Part shown: positions 13,271 to 26,184 of the stretch, piece by piece
Layout of the letters: each line of letters begins with the position of its first letter
How positions within the stretch are numbered: the stretch's first letter is position 1
Origin: Narcine bancroftii
Taxonomy: Eukaryota
NCBI RefSeq assembly: GCF_036971445.1
Contig: NC_091482.1
Span: 62,806,001 to 62,844,928, forward strand
Direction of reading: 5' to 3'
Length of the DNA stretch: 38,928 nucleotides
The notes under the pieces: generated by a model
Told to the model about the DNA's origin: nothing
What the model saw: the letters and a program-made list of their open reading frames with translations, nothing else
Database searches by the model: none
Position numbers and translations under genes: made by a program

Positions 13271-13632
13271 CAGGCCATGGCAGCTGCTGATGGCGGCGAC
13301 CCCACTCGGCTGTGCCGGTGCCCACACTCTCCCGAGGAGGTGGCAGCTCTCCCACTGCGCGTGGCTCAGCCTGGCCCCCTTCACGCCCCCGGAGCGCCGC
13401 TCAGCCACGAAGCCGGGAGCAAAGAGAGCTTGGTTGACGGTCAGGTTGAAAGACAATTGGCGGCCCTGGTGCGAGAGCTTGTAGTACACGGAAGGGCTGA
13501 GCAGCCGCTGTGCCGCCAGTTCCCGGCGCTGGAGACGCCTCGGCTGGTGAGACAAGTCGTGAGACAGGAAGCGGCCCAGGTGGTCAACTTGGACTGGGTA
13601 GACAAGGTCGGGCAGAGCCTGCGGAAAAGGTT
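13271..13632 (-). CDS. ADAMTS7: ADAMTS7-like metalloprotease, coding exon 2 (prodomain)
   Basis: Acceptor CTCTCTCTCCCCAG|AA and donor CTG|GTAAGA; 362 nt. Translates (E)PFPQALPDLVYPVQVDHLGRFLSHDL...VYYKLSHQGRQLSFNLTVNQALFAPGFVAERR...CHLLGRV...AAISSCHGL, matching ADAMTS prodomain motifs (PVxVDxxGxFLS, FNLTxNQ, APGFV, CHLLG, AAISxCxGL). Confidence 0.9.
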
Positions 13633-13989
13633 CTGGGGAGAGAGAGGGACACGGGGTGAGCGCAGGGCTCGCTCCTCGTCAAGAGCGTTCCTGGGGGGGC
13701 CCGGCTCAAAAATCACTCCCACCCACTCCCAACATAGTGTCCAAACACTGCCCACGGCTGGGACCCACACAGATACAAAGAGTCACAGGCTGTTGGAGGC
13801 TTACAACGTGTCCCACGCAGCCCCGACCCTCGGGGATCCAAGGGTTTGTCTGCCGAGGGTCGGGAGAGTGGCCGAAGCCCTGAACCAGCTCCCGCCCGAC
13901 CCCCTCTCGCAGGGGCCGGCTTTACCCGCCGACCGTGTTCCCCCCCCCCCACCACCCCCCCGAGTATGGGCGGAGGACAGCACACTCAC

Positions 13990-14134
13990 CCTGCACCGCG
14001 TCGCCCCAGTGGCCGTGGCCGGCAGCTCGCCCTTCGCTCAGGACAAAAGCGACGAGAGTGGTCAGCACCCGGACAACGCCCCGCATGTTCCCCGCGAGGT
14101 CCCGCTGAGCTCCAGCCGGCTGCCCCCGGGCCAT
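13990..14134 (-). CDS. ADAMTS7: ADAMTS7-like metalloprotease, coding exon 1 (signal peptide)
   Basis: ATG at 14134 in strong Kozak context (GCCATGG), with a second in-frame ATG at 14086. Encodes MARGQPAGAQRDLAGNMRGVVRVLTTLVAFVLSEGRAAGHGHWGDAVQ, which has a hydrophobic core. Ends at donor CAGG|GTGAGT (phase 1), in frame with exon 2. Lies in a CpG-rich region. Confidence 0.78.
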
Positions 14135-14277
14135 GGCGTACACAGCCGCCGGCTCGGGTGGCGGGGGGGGTTTGAGAGGCAGCCTGGGCTCAAACTGCGT
14201 GTCGAGCCGCCGGCGCTCTGCGCTCCCCCAGCGCCCTGCCGCCGGTTATGTACAGAGTTCCGCCCCCTCCCGCCCCA

Positions 14278-14930
14278 ACATACACACACCCCTCCACAAA
14301 CACCTACCCACACACTCATCTCCACCCACCACACTCACTCACACACATATACCCCTACCCACACACACCCTCACCCAAACACTCACAGAATACCCACCCA
14401 TACATACCTACCCACACACACATCCCCACCCACCTCCACACCCTACTCACATACATAACCCCACCACACACTCACACATACCCCACCCACCTCCACACCC
14501 TACCCACATACCCCACATACGCACACATACCCCCACCCACACACCCACTTACACAAACACCCTACCCACGTACCCACACACTCGCATCTCTCATACCCAC
14601 CCACATTCACACACATATACTCCCACCCCAACACACCCCCAGACATACCCACAGACACACCCACCCATACTCACATAGCCACACATTCAGACACACACAC
14701 ATATACCCACACACACATTCACATACCCACCCTCTCACACCACATACACACACAATCTCCGACACATTCTCAGTCACACAATCACATACACATACGTACA
14801 CGTATGCACCCCTCACACACAAGGCACACAAACCTGTACTTTTTCTCTCACACACCCCCACACCCACACACTCAGACACACACACAGAGCCACCCACACA
14901 TTCTTGTCTCTCTCACACACACACACAGTC
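14278..14930. repeat. Degenerate CA/CCCA-rich low-complexity tract
   Basis: About 650 bp of cacacac/cacccac/cacatac variants, nearly G-free on the plus strand. Confidence 0.9.
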
Positions 14931-17900
14931 AGCACCCATGAGTTTGCTTTCAACCAAGGATTCACATCTACAGAACTAATATATAATTGAAACTGGAACC
15001 CAATTAACTTTTCTTGCTGTAATCATTTCCCTCTCCCTGAGCTATCATCAAATGCTTTATTTCCAGGTTCAATCATCTCTCTCCCTCTCCCATCTCTCTC
15101 TCTCTTCCACTCATTCTCTTTCATTCGTCTCTCTCTCTCTCTTTTGTACCTCTCCCTATTCAGATCTTTATTAAATGGGCAATTTCTATTTTAATAAATG
15201 AACCGGGATTCACAATGTTTCATGATTTGCTGAGTGTCTGCTCTTCAAGATGTTTCAATGACAGGGTGACCCTAAGGTTCTGTGAAGGGTAGCAGCTCAG
15301 GTTTTGTGGGTAGCAGCTCTGGTGATCCTAACCTCCCGTGTTGTCAGAGTGGGGCATGTACATTCTATTGCCTCAGGAGAAAATAAAGAATGGGGTAAGT
15401 TCAAGTGTTTGATGGTTGGCATGGATGTGGTGGACCGAGTGGCCTCTTCTGGCTGCGTCTATGTGATGCCACTCCATGGATTCAGGAATCAGGAGTAGAA
15501 AGAACAGGACGGTCAGGGGAAAGGAGCTTTGGGCTTGTGTTTGGAGCCACATGGTGGGAATTGTGAGAACAGCAGCCCGTTCAAGGGGCACTGATTCACA
15601 AATGCTGCAGGAAGCCAGTCCTGCAGCGTCCATAGGGTATAGTATAGTCAAAGAACAGGAAGACGTAGGAATAAAGACTGAAGACTGGCAGGGGGAGGAG
15701 TCCAGACCAACAAAACGTGTTAATTGAATGTGACAAGAGGAGGGGTGAGAATTGATTTTGGGTCTGTGAAAGGAGATGGAGGGAAGAAGGAAGAGAGATA
15801 GAGACAGAGTTGGGGTAAAGACAATGAAGGGAAGAAAGGGGGGGGTGGGGGTTGACGGAAACCAGAGAAGATGTTAATGCCATCTGGTTGTGTGAAAGGA
15901 GATAGAGGGAAAAGGGAAGTGTGAGAAAAGAAGGGCTCAGGCCTGAAAGGTCAGTAGAGACGGGCCGAGTTCCTCCAACATTTCTGGGTGTTTTTACTAC
16001 AATCAGAGCGTCTGCGGACTTTCGTGTTTCACCGATTCACAATTTGCTGAGGAAGAGTTAAAAATGGATGGGTCTGGGGTCCCACAGAGGGTCTTTGCTC
16101 ACGAATAGCAATTTCCATCCGTGAACCAGATGTGATTTTATGACTATTGAGGTGTTTTCTGGCTAATAATCTGGGCAACTTTTAAACATCCAGATTTATT
16201 TAATAAATTGAATTTAAATTGTCCGTCTGCTCTGGTGGGATTGGAACTCATGCTTCTTCATCATTAGGTCAGGATCTATCCTGAATGTCCCATCAATTAA
16301 TCATTACACCACCATATTCATGGCTTGACAGCCAGTGAACCACATCTGCAGAACCAAGCCAATGTGACATGGAGACATTTAACAGTTAAATTGCAGGTTA
16401 CTGGACCACTGTCTTCACTGGAGCAGTGCAGGACAGAGGTGATCAGTCAGTCAGTTAGCCTTTACTGTCGCTTTAACACCAGGTACTACGGAATTAAAAT
16501 GAACAACGTTCCTGGGACCACAGTGATTTTACAAAAGCTGTTTAACGAAAACAGTGCTACGGGCAATTAATTTTTCAGAGACTGGTTGCAATCTAGATGT
16601 TACAAATGTCCGCCAGCTCAAGTGGAGAAGAACGTTCTCCGATCCTGAGGGGCCGCTGCGGACTGCTAGTCGTGCAGCCATCACAGGTCAGGTTACTGTC
16701 CTCTCCAGGACAATTTGTTAACAGTCCACCAGCGTTGGGGGAAACAGGCAACCTCACAGTCATAGTTCACGGACATCCCAATAGCTCCAGCGGCGTCTGC
16801 CATGAGGCTCAGGACAATGCATCTTCTAGACCTCCAAACCCTCCGTGAGGCCCAGAGCACGGCATCGTTAGACCTCTGAACCTGGCACGGCTCCGCAGCT
16901 CCTGCCACCTTCGACTCCACTGCTCCGTCCTTTCCTTTCGACCTCTGGCAGCGGACACCCCCGATGTAGACCCAATGAGTCTGAAAAGCCGCCAGGCCAC
17001 ATCAGCACAAAGCAACTCAACCTCCTCCTCTAGACCGACCCTGGTTCCGTTCTTCAGTGGACGGGTTCTCCGCAACTTGGCAGCAGTGGCTCGGAACGGC
17101 TCCTTCCTGTTCAGTGCTTCCCACTTGCAACACACGACTCGCAGAGATACAAGTCCAACTTCATCAAATGAAAAGATATGTATGGCACCAGGTTGAGAGT
17201 TCCTGCAGCAACCGTGGTCCAGAGTAGCCGCTGCGGGCTGGACCCACGCCACCATTTTCCTCATTATTCACATTCATGAGTTTGGATTGAATTGGATTGC
17301 TGAACGGGATGAAGCTGCTCGATGAACAGAATTCTAGCAGAGTGAGTAGAATCTTAAACAGGGTCATTTGAGCATGGAATCAGGTCAGGTGTATTAATGG
17401 ATGTGGCATTGGGTATCTTTCTATCGATGTGCTCAGTTACCCATATCAGTCTAATGGCAAGCAGTCTACATATGTGTGTACATGCATGCACACATCTGTA
17501 AAGATTGCCCCTTTAGATGCAGGAGGAATTAATAACAGGAGGGAAGAAATTGCACACAAAGCTGTCAGGTGGTCTCACTGATGATCAGCTTCTGTAGCTG
17601 TGCGAGGTATGAGGAAATGCTTCAGTGTGATTTGCACTGTTTGAGGGTGGTCAGATATGCAGCAGACACTGTGGACCAGATAGGAAGGAAAGCAGATGAG
17701 AATAATGATAGACTGAGACAGTGAAACGAGATCTGGATGCCTTTGTACACCAGTCAACGAGATGCAGCAGTTGGTAAAGAGGTGTGTTGGCCATCAGTTG
17801 AGTACAGGAGAAGGTTGTTTATTCAAAATATCCAGGGCCTCGGTGAAACCAAACCTTGATCTCCTTATCTGAGGAACAAAGTTCCATTGGAAAAGTGAAT

Positions 17901-19104
17901 CCAGCAAAGGTTCATCTGGGATGGCAGGACCAGCTTATAAAGGGAGGTTGGGTTATCATTTAAATGTGTGAGAGAGGACCTCATTGAAACTCACAAGCTC
18001 CTCACTGAACTGGCCGAAGGGGAAGACCAGCATCATGGGTCTGGGGGAACTGTTTAGGAGTGAGATGGGGAGAAGTTTCTTCACTCAAATAGTGGAGAAC
18101 CTTTGGAATATTCCACCACAAAAGACAGGTGAGGCCAAACGATTAAATATAATCAAACAGTAGTTATTTAAATTTCAGATTTTTTTTGTCAGAGTACATA
18201 CGTACATCACATACAACCCTGAGATTCTTACTGTGGGCGAGGCAGAATTACCACTTATTGGTAGTGCAAATAAAACTCAATATATTCATGTAAACAAATA
18301 TAAACAAACTGACTGTGCAATATAGAGAGAAAAACAATGAAGTGCAAAAGTCAGACTCCTTCAATGAGTCCCTGCTTGAGTTTGTTGTTGAGGAGTCTGA
18401 TGGTGGAGGGGGAGCAGCTGTTCCTGAACCTGGTGGATGTGAGTCTTGTGGCACCGAGACCTAATTGATTGAGCTAAAGAATATGGGAGAAGGGGGGACA
18501 GGGCACTGATCAGGTGGAGCAAGCAAAAGAATTGAATGCGCTTGTCCTGTCCTTATTGATCTCTACCTGCATGGATAGAACGACTCAGAGCATAGAGCAC
18601 AGAACCAATTCGTTTCGTCCTCATCAGAGTTTCTGATCCATGTGAACCTTCTCACCTCATCCTACACCCTTCATAGTTTTATTAACCTGTCCGGCCAGTG
18701 ATGCGTTTTAAGGTGGGTGAACCCATGGGGTGGGGGGGGCGGGTCGGTGCCCAAGGTGGTAGCTCCCATGCTTGGCAGCCCAGACCTCTGGGGAGAACGG
18801 ACTGTTGCAGGGCACTGGAGAGGAAGACCCCCAACCCCCATGCCAGCCGAGAGGGAGAGGGACCTCGGGTGCTGTGTGGCTGCAGAGGTTGTGGGCATGA
18901 GCTGGATCCTCCCAAACTTGGTGTCTCTTGGGGGGGAGGGGTGGATTCTCTTTATTGGTAGGGTCACTCTTTGTGTGTCTTTCTGGCAGAGAAACTTTGA
19001 TGAATTTTGCATATTATGTACTTGACAATAAAGGAATTGTGGATCTTGACCCAGAAATGTTGCGGTAATTACAAAACAGAATTCCCCTGGCTGCTTTCAT
19101 TGTG

Positions 19105-19725
19105 GTAGGAATGATCTACTACATGGGGTGCTCCCTTAGTGGCCTTCTCTACACCGGAGAGACTGGGCACAGACTGGGAGATCACTTTGCTGAGCTCCTT
19201 TGCTCTGTCCTCATCAGTGACAGGAACTCCCAGTGGCCAACCAGTTCAATTCTGCACCCCACTCCAATGCTCACACCTCTGTCTGTGGCCTCATTCACTA
19301 TTCCACCAAGGCCACCTGCAAATTGGAGGAACGAGACGATTTCCCCGTGGGCATTCTCCAACCAGATGGCATTTACCTTGATATCTCCGGCTTCTTCTTG
19401 CCTACTCCGCTCTCTGTCCCATCTCTTTCCAATGTCTTCTTTCCTCCAGCTCTCCACCCTCTTCCCTCTCCATTCAGAGCAATCCCTCCTCCCCCTGTTT
19501 GCTAGTGTTCCCTCTCTCCCTTATCCATCTATTACCGCCCCTCCACTCCACCATTTCGATCGGGCACCTGCCTACATTTTGCTCACACCCTGATAAAAGA
19601 CTCAAGCCTGAAACGATGGTTATGTATCTTTATCTTTGCTATATAAAGTACACTGTTTGGCCTGCTGAGTTTCTCCAGCTTGTGTTTTTACTCAACCACG
19701 GTGTCTGCAGACTTTCATGTTTTAC
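19105..19725 (+). mobile_element. Penelope-like element 3' fragment (GIY-YIG endonuclease remnant plus terminal repeat)
   Basis: IYY..CS..GLLYTGETGHRLGDHFAE matches the GIY..YIGETxRxLxxRFxEH motif, followed by a pyrimidine-rich tract and the ctgctgagtttctccagc...gtctgcagac tail. Confidence 0.8.
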
Positions 19726-20340
19726 TGCTTTCATTGTGGACAGGTGAAAGGAATTCCCTTGACAAGGTGAAGAAGTGATGAAGCCAGATTAATGTCGCTC
19801 CAAGCCATTTTCTATAACATCTGCTTTATTTTCTGAGCAGGCATTTGTTGAGTGGGAACTGCCAAAAAGATAATTATTCTCTTCTGTTAAGTTCACCTGA
19901 TTGCAGTTAAATATGCAAGCACATTAAGGTAACACACCGATGCATTTCAACACAAGCTTGTTATCCAACTGTTATCAGTGGGAATGAAACCTCAAATCCT
20001 TTCAATCTGATCCTTCAGGTCAGTGCAGACTCTCCCACGACTACAATCCTTGTTACTTCAGATGTCTGCTCTTTCAGAAAACGTGGATCAAGCAGCATAA
20101 ATGAGACATTCATTCGATTCATTTCATGTGCTCTGAGTGCCTGACTGTTGGCTGCAAACTCATGCATCTGTAGATAAAAGACAGAAAGAGCCCTTCCTCC
20201 CACGCCACAGGCTGGGATGATTGTTCCGTGTTTAAAATGTTCCAATGTTTTAAATTAACTCCTTCATCAGAAAATCTGAACCTGATTAAATTCAAACTAT
20301 TTATAATGTTCAGAACTGAGCATCATGTTATGAACATTAG

Positions 20341-20560
20341 GAATGGTAGGTACAACACTATTTCAGCGCCAGTGACTCGGGTTCAGATCCTGCGCGGTCT
20401 GTCAGGAGTTTCCCCGTGTCTGCATGAGTTTTCCCTGGGGGTTCCGGTTTCCCCCCACTCTTCAAAACGTTAATTTGGGTGTAATTGGGTGGCATGGGTT
20501 TAAATCGCTGGAACCAGCTTCTACCATGCTGTAAATAAATACATTTTTAAAAATTTAAAA
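20341..20560 (+). mobile_element. tRNA-derived SINE
   Basis: gggttcagatcc box B-like motif and the shared core. Confidence 0.7.
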
Positions 20561-20853
20561 CAGAACTATGAAGGCCCACGACACACATTGCTCTGTGCTT
20601 CTGCCAGCTCCTTCTTGATAGATCTTCAATCAGTTCTATTGTCCTGTAATTTTCTGCCCATCAGGTATTTGTCTAGGGGTATTCTCCACTCACTTTTTGT
20701 TTCATGTTAGCCACATGAGCAGCACAGGAAACCAGCCTCAAAATTCAGGGGGGAGTAGATTTTGGACGGAGATGGGAAGGAATTGCTTCTCCCAGAGAGG
20801 AGTGAATCTGTGAAATTCTCTGCCCAAGGAAGCAGTTGATGTTGCCCCATTAA

Positions 20854-21075
20854 GGGCGGAACGGTTAGCGTGACGCTATTACCGCGCCAGCAACCCGGAT
20901 TCAAATCCAGCGCTGCCTGCAAGGAGTTTGTACTTTCTTCCAGTGTCTGTGTGGATTTCCTCCCGTGCTCCAAAAAATTAGAGGGTTAATAGGGTAATGG
21001 ATGTATTTGGGTGGCGTGGGCTCGGGGACCTGTTACAATGCTGTACTTCTAAATTTCAAGATAAAATAAATTAAA
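20854..21075 (+). mobile_element. tRNA-derived SINE
   Basis: Same head, core and tail as the 21714 copy. Confidence 0.8.
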
Positions 21076-21713
21076 TATGGAGTTGGCTAACGGACAATGG
21101 GTCAGTTCAGCATCTCTGCTCTAGTACATTGGCTTATGAGGTCTCATTGTGTCAGGGTTCAATGAGTGGGATGTTAAGAGTCATGCGGAAGGTGACTTTG
21201 ATGAAGTGCCAAATGTTTTTAGCACATTATAGACTGGGCTGCTGGAAGCTGTCTACTGATGGATCTATAATCTGCAGATCAGTGGCAAATCTAATCCATC
21301 TGGAGGAGTACCAGCCCATGGAACATCACACTTTATCTCACCATTAATTTGGAGAATCATACTGGGCCCTTGGATTCTGCAGTAAGTGCATAAGCGATAT
21401 CTCTTATAACCAAGCATTCTACTTAGGACATGAGAGTCAAGTGAATACTTCGGAAACTTGTCATAAATTTTTGAAACTTTTTCTTATTTTCTTTCAATTA
21501 TTCTTTTGTTTATTTTATTCATAACTAGCCTGACCATTTACCACAAAGGAAGGATTTGAGATTCCATTCCAATTTTACATTGGTGGAGGTTATTATAACA
21601 TGTGCTTCCATTTAGCCCTTGAACACGGTAAAGGTAATTGTGAAAGGAAAAGCCCTCTGGTTCACATGTTCTTCTGGGAAGAAAGTTTACCATTCTTCTC
21701 AGTAACTTGGTAA

Positions 21714-21959
21714 GGGGCGGCACGGTTATTGTAGCAGTTGCACAACGCTATTACAGCACCAGCGACCAGGGTTCAATTCCGGCGCTGTCTGTAAAGATTT
21801 TGTCCGTTCTCTCCGTGTCCACGTGGGTTTCCCCCAGGTGCTCCACTTTCCTCCCACCGTTCAAATCGTACTGGGGTTGTAGGTCAATTGGGTGTAATTG
21901 GGCGGCACTGGCTCATGGGCTGAAAGGGCCTGTTACCGTGCTGTATGTCTAAACTAAAC
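21714..21959 (+). mobile_element. tRNA-derived SINE, full length
   Basis: GGGGCGGCACGG head, box B GTTCAATTCC at 21771-21780, core gggtttccccaggtgctcc..ttcctccca, and a ctaaa tail. Confidence 0.85.
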
Positions 21960-22164
21960 CATTCCCACACCCATCCATTTGGCCTCATGAGGCACATTCT
22001 CAAAAACATCTGAGGGGCAGTCAATAAACATCAGTCACACCCACAATTCTGAATCAGAATTTATCGGCATGAACATGTGTCATGAAATTTGTTGTTTTAT
22101 GACAGTATCTTTGTGCGTTACATGTGAAAAAAATTGCAATGGAATTTTTAAATACACAATTTTA

Positions 22165-22790
22165 ACTCATGGTGTCACCCTCTCCCCCCTCCCTGGACCT
22201 CGTCCCGTACCAGACCATGCAAAATCCTTAGTAACGTTATTGTACTAATGTTATTCATAAATCGTAATTTCCATATATCACTGAATGTAACAGCAATAGT
22301 AGTGAGATAAACAACCAGCAAAATTATAATTATGCCTTTAAATTACAATATCATACTACTTCATTCTCAAAAAGTTATTGATCTTGGTTCACAAATACTA
22401 ATGACCACGCTATTGTTGCTAAAACACCAGAAAATTTGACAAAAGCAGCAACTATAAAAGTACCAGCAGTAACAAAAACAACAGCGCTTGCTGGTGGCGC
22501 GTGCAGACACGTGATTCAAAATGTCATTGGGTAATAAATGACAGCTCTGACCGGAGCACATTAGAAGGTTCAAAAAGTAAATTAGCAGAGAGTTTTAACC
22601 TTGTAGGTATATTGATACAAGGCTGGGCTTACGAAAAATGTTTTTGTGGTTATAACTAACTACAGGGATATTTTTATAAAAAAATAATACATTTTTGCAA
22701 CACAAAAAATGTATAGATGGTTATTTTGGTGTCACCCCCCACCCCCGATGGTGTCCCCCACTGTGGATTGCAGCCCTTGTGACGCCAGTG
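22165..22790. mobile_element. Probable hAT-type non-autonomous element within a LINE remnant
   Basis: Repeated GGTGTCACCC subterminal motifs and a GTGACGCCAGTG end. The other terminus was not found. Confidence 0.4.
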
Positions 22791-23152
22791 GAGGGGAGGA
22801 AGCTGTTTTTTGTATCATTGGGTGTTTGTCCTCTGGCTCCTGCACCTCCTTTCTGATGGTAACAGTGAGAAAAAGGCATGGCCTGGGTGATGAGGGTCCT
22901 TCAGGATAGATGCTTTCTTGAGACCCCACCTCTTGCAGATGTCGTCGATGGAGTGAAGACTGATGCCCATGGAGGCGCTAGCTGAGTTAACAACCCTCTG
23001 TAGCCTTTTCCTGTCCTGTGCATTGGCACCTCCAGTGATGCAACCTGTTAGGATATTCTCCACAGTACTTCCATAGAAATTTGCAAGAGTCTTTGGTGAC
23101 ATACCAAATCTCATCAAACTCCTCACAAAGTATAAACACTGGCGAGCCCTTC
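22791..23152 (-). mobile_element. Rex1/Babar-type LINE reverse transcriptase C-terminal remnant
   Basis: ORF 22815-23126 reads FGMSPKTLANFY..VENILTGCIT..DRKRLQRVVNSA..ILKDPHHPGH.FFSLLPS.RR. A homologous fragment lies at about 6630-6790 (+). Confidence 0.8.
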
Positions 23153-23700
23153 TTCACCCTCTCTACTGCTCACCCTGCAACGAGGACTGATTTGTGTTCT
23201 GACTTCTCCCTCCTGAAGTCCTCAATCAGTTCCTTTGGTTCATCTTCTGAATCTCATCACACACTATGCGACTGAGTCAATGCTTTCTAAACAATTCCAA
23301 ATCTACAGCAGTCCTTCCCTCAGCTTCCTTTCCATTTCTTCCTTTCAACTTTCCTCCCTCTTTTGTAACTGGGCGCCCAGATGAACGTGTGAAGAGCTCA
23401 AATGACTGTCACTGCAGGAATTGAAGCCCAACAAGGATTCAGTGTTACGTGAAGGGGAAGCGATCAGTTTGATGTTATTGAAAATAAAAGATGTCTCACA
23501 GCAATTATTATATTTCTGCAGTCTCATGTATTTTGCAAAAAATAGAAACCATTGCCATAGATAATGTTGTTACTGGTTACACGACCCAATTTTCCTTCCA
23601 TATATAAAATACCCAACAATTATCAGCGGGGATCTGGAATCATATCATGTCATTTCTCAATTCTCAAAGGAAAAAAAAACTTTTATATTTGCATCTAAAC

Positions 23701-23936
23701 CAGTGGTTCTCAACCATTTACTTTCCACTCACATTCCACTCTAAGTAACCCCTATGCCATCAGTGCTCTGTGACTAATAAGGGATTGCTTAAGGTGGGGT
23801 GTGGGTGGGAAGGGAAGGTTGAGAATCACTGCTCTAGACCCAATTGTTACTGAAATATTTTGCTTGAGAAAAATTGTCAATGGCCCATTTCCTTTGGAGT
23901 TCTGAAACAGTGCACATAACAAGCCAATTAGGTGCA
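23701..23936. mobile_element. hAT MITE, truncated copy of the 7250-7613 family
   Basis: Starts CAGTGGTTCTCAACC and shares the internal sequence (gttactgaaatattttgcttgagaaaaattg). Confidence 0.8.
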
Positions 23937-25960
23937 GTGTCTAGAACCAGGGGTTGTCGTGTCATAATGAAGGACCAGCCAATCAGCATGGATAATAAGA
24001 ACTTTCTTCTCCCAGTGGATAGTGAACCTCGAACTCTGCACCAAAGAGGATTGTGGATGTACAGTCAATGAACAGTTTAAAGACAGAAATCAATAAACAT
24101 TTAGATATTAAGGGAATCAAGGAATTTGGGAATGTAGAGGGAAAGCAGTGCTTTGGTCTCAGGCTCAAGGGGGGGGGGGTCGAATGCTGCCTCTATTTAG
24201 TGTGTACTCTCTGGGATTGGCATAGTATTAAATAGGAATGGTGTTCCATTGGAGGGCACTGGTGTGATACTAAATAGGATCAGAATGGTATTAGAAGGGA
24301 TTAGTGCGATTAATGAATCCTAAATGGTCCGAGAGATTCATCATTATATGTAAACCATCTGAACCTCTCGCACAATTACGGTGTGGAATCAGTCCTGGGT
24401 TTTTATTCCAAACCTTGAAAGAGCAGGTCTGTGTTGTATGGAATTAGGTAAGGATCCAAAAGTGTGGAAACAGTGTGCCATAAATATCTTACTTTACAGG
24501 CTTCTCAGATTTAACAGCTGCTGTTAAGACTCCTGTAAAATATTGGTATTGAGGGAGGGGAAATGAGAGGAGAGAGGCAGTGGAGACAGAGCAGGAGGGT
24601 TACACAAACCCACCTTCTGGATGCTCTTAAACACAATGTCATGAACATCATTTTTTCTAATTTAAGTAACCATCTTGATCTGGTTTCATCATTTCTACTT
24701 CTTTCCCGATTCTCAATCTTAACTTTCTTTCTAATCTTCCTCCCTTCCAGCGGTCTTTCCCTCTACTTCCACCTCTCGCCCTCTGTCCAATACTGGACAC
24801 TTCTAAGCCTTTCCCCCTTCCTTTCCACGTTTTTTATCCTTCCCTCAATACACCCCCTTCTTCCTTTAGTCTCGATGAAGCATCCTGATCCAAAACAGCG
24901 ACTGACCATTTCTACCCCTGGACGCTGTCTGACCCACTGAGTCTCTTCATTTTTCTCATTGCTGAAGATTCCAGGGTATGGAGTGTTTGTTTCTTTCTAA
25001 ACATAGATCTACCTCTGGACTAGCCCAGAGGACTCTGGTCACTTCGACCTTTCCCAGAGCAGTCTTCAAACTTTTCACCCTTTAACCCAGAGGCCAGATG
25101 GCTCCACTAACCTAGAGCCTATAATTTGTGTGGCAAAATATACTGTTTCCTCACTGCTGCTATATTTAATGGAAGGTCATACACTGACAGACTCGCAATT
25201 ATTTAAAACGATTTATTTGTTATATTACTCTGGCAGCAGCTAACATTCGTGATTTTCCTTCAAATTTTATCTGCTATTTATCATTCTGAATATGATCCAT
25301 TACATGCACTTAATTACTCTATTGTGGTAATGCTGTAGGAACACACGATTTATGAAAATAATTAAACCAATATGGTGATATTCTAATAGTTTCAATAACA
25401 GGACTTAAAGGAATTCCCATAAATCTGAATGTTCCACTCAGCAGCCATGAACATCCTGTGGAAGATGAATGCAAGGCACCAGCTGGTCCACAGAGGTCCA
25501 ACATTATGGGGACTATGCACTGTGGAGTGGAGGCTTAAGATTGGAAATTATTCAGTAATGGAGGATGTTCAAGTGGCTGTATGACGAACTCCAGCTCCAT
25601 GTGCTTCCATCAAAATCTCTTCCTATAGAAATAAAATTTGGTGCTTATACGTGAAAGGTTAATGAGGGAGATTAGCCAGCCGTCTTGAAGTTGCTGAAAT
25701 TGGTACCGTAAAACATTTGGAGAAATGTTAGCCCTTCTCATTTTGTTACAATTGGCATAAGACCAAAAGAGCAAAGACCAACAGCTGAAATTCTGGTAGG
25801 CTTTCACCTCCTCAACCATCTCACCTATTAAACAGGACTCACACGGCAAGGTCTCAATAGTGGGGAAAATGGCCCCAGGCCTGTTGACCAGTGGTCTACC
25901 ACCACTGACCAATTTCCTCCCCAATGGTTCAGGTGGAAAAAAACTGAAGAGAAGAGTGAA

Positions 25961-26184
25961 ACCCAATGAGCCAGTGGATCGAGCTGAAGGGCAGCTAACA
26001 TCGAACAAAGGCAGGGTGGGTGAAAAATCCAGTTATACCAAGAGATCATTCACACCAGCTCTGAGAAAGGATACCCAATGAGCCAGTGGATCGAGCTGAA
26101 GGGCAGCTAACATCAAACAAAGGCAGGGTGGGTGAAAAATCCAGTTATACCAAGAGATCATTCACACCAGCTCTGAGAAAGGAT
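25961..26184. repeat. 112-bp tandem duplication
   Basis: 25961-26072 and 26073-26184 are identical except tcgaac versus tcaaac. Confidence 0.95.

Larger units (their letters stand above)
13150..14277. promoter_or_regulatory. CpG island and GC-box promoter region of the ADAMTS gene
   Basis: Sharp rise in GC and CpG content over exons 1-2. GC-box-like CGCCCCCTCCCGCCCC at about 14261-14276, just upstream of the ATG on the minus strand. Confidence 0.65.

Noticed and set aside
13211-14458. 415-aa plus-strand ORF antisense to ADAMTS exons 1-2
   Set aside because: GTG start, GC-rich antisense shadow running into CA low-complexity sequence, and no recognisable domain.
14133-14979. His/Thr/Pro-rich ORFs
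   Set aside because: Translations of the CA-rich tract.
21714-21790. tRNA gene
   Set aside because: The tRNA-like head continues into a SINE body present in several copies.
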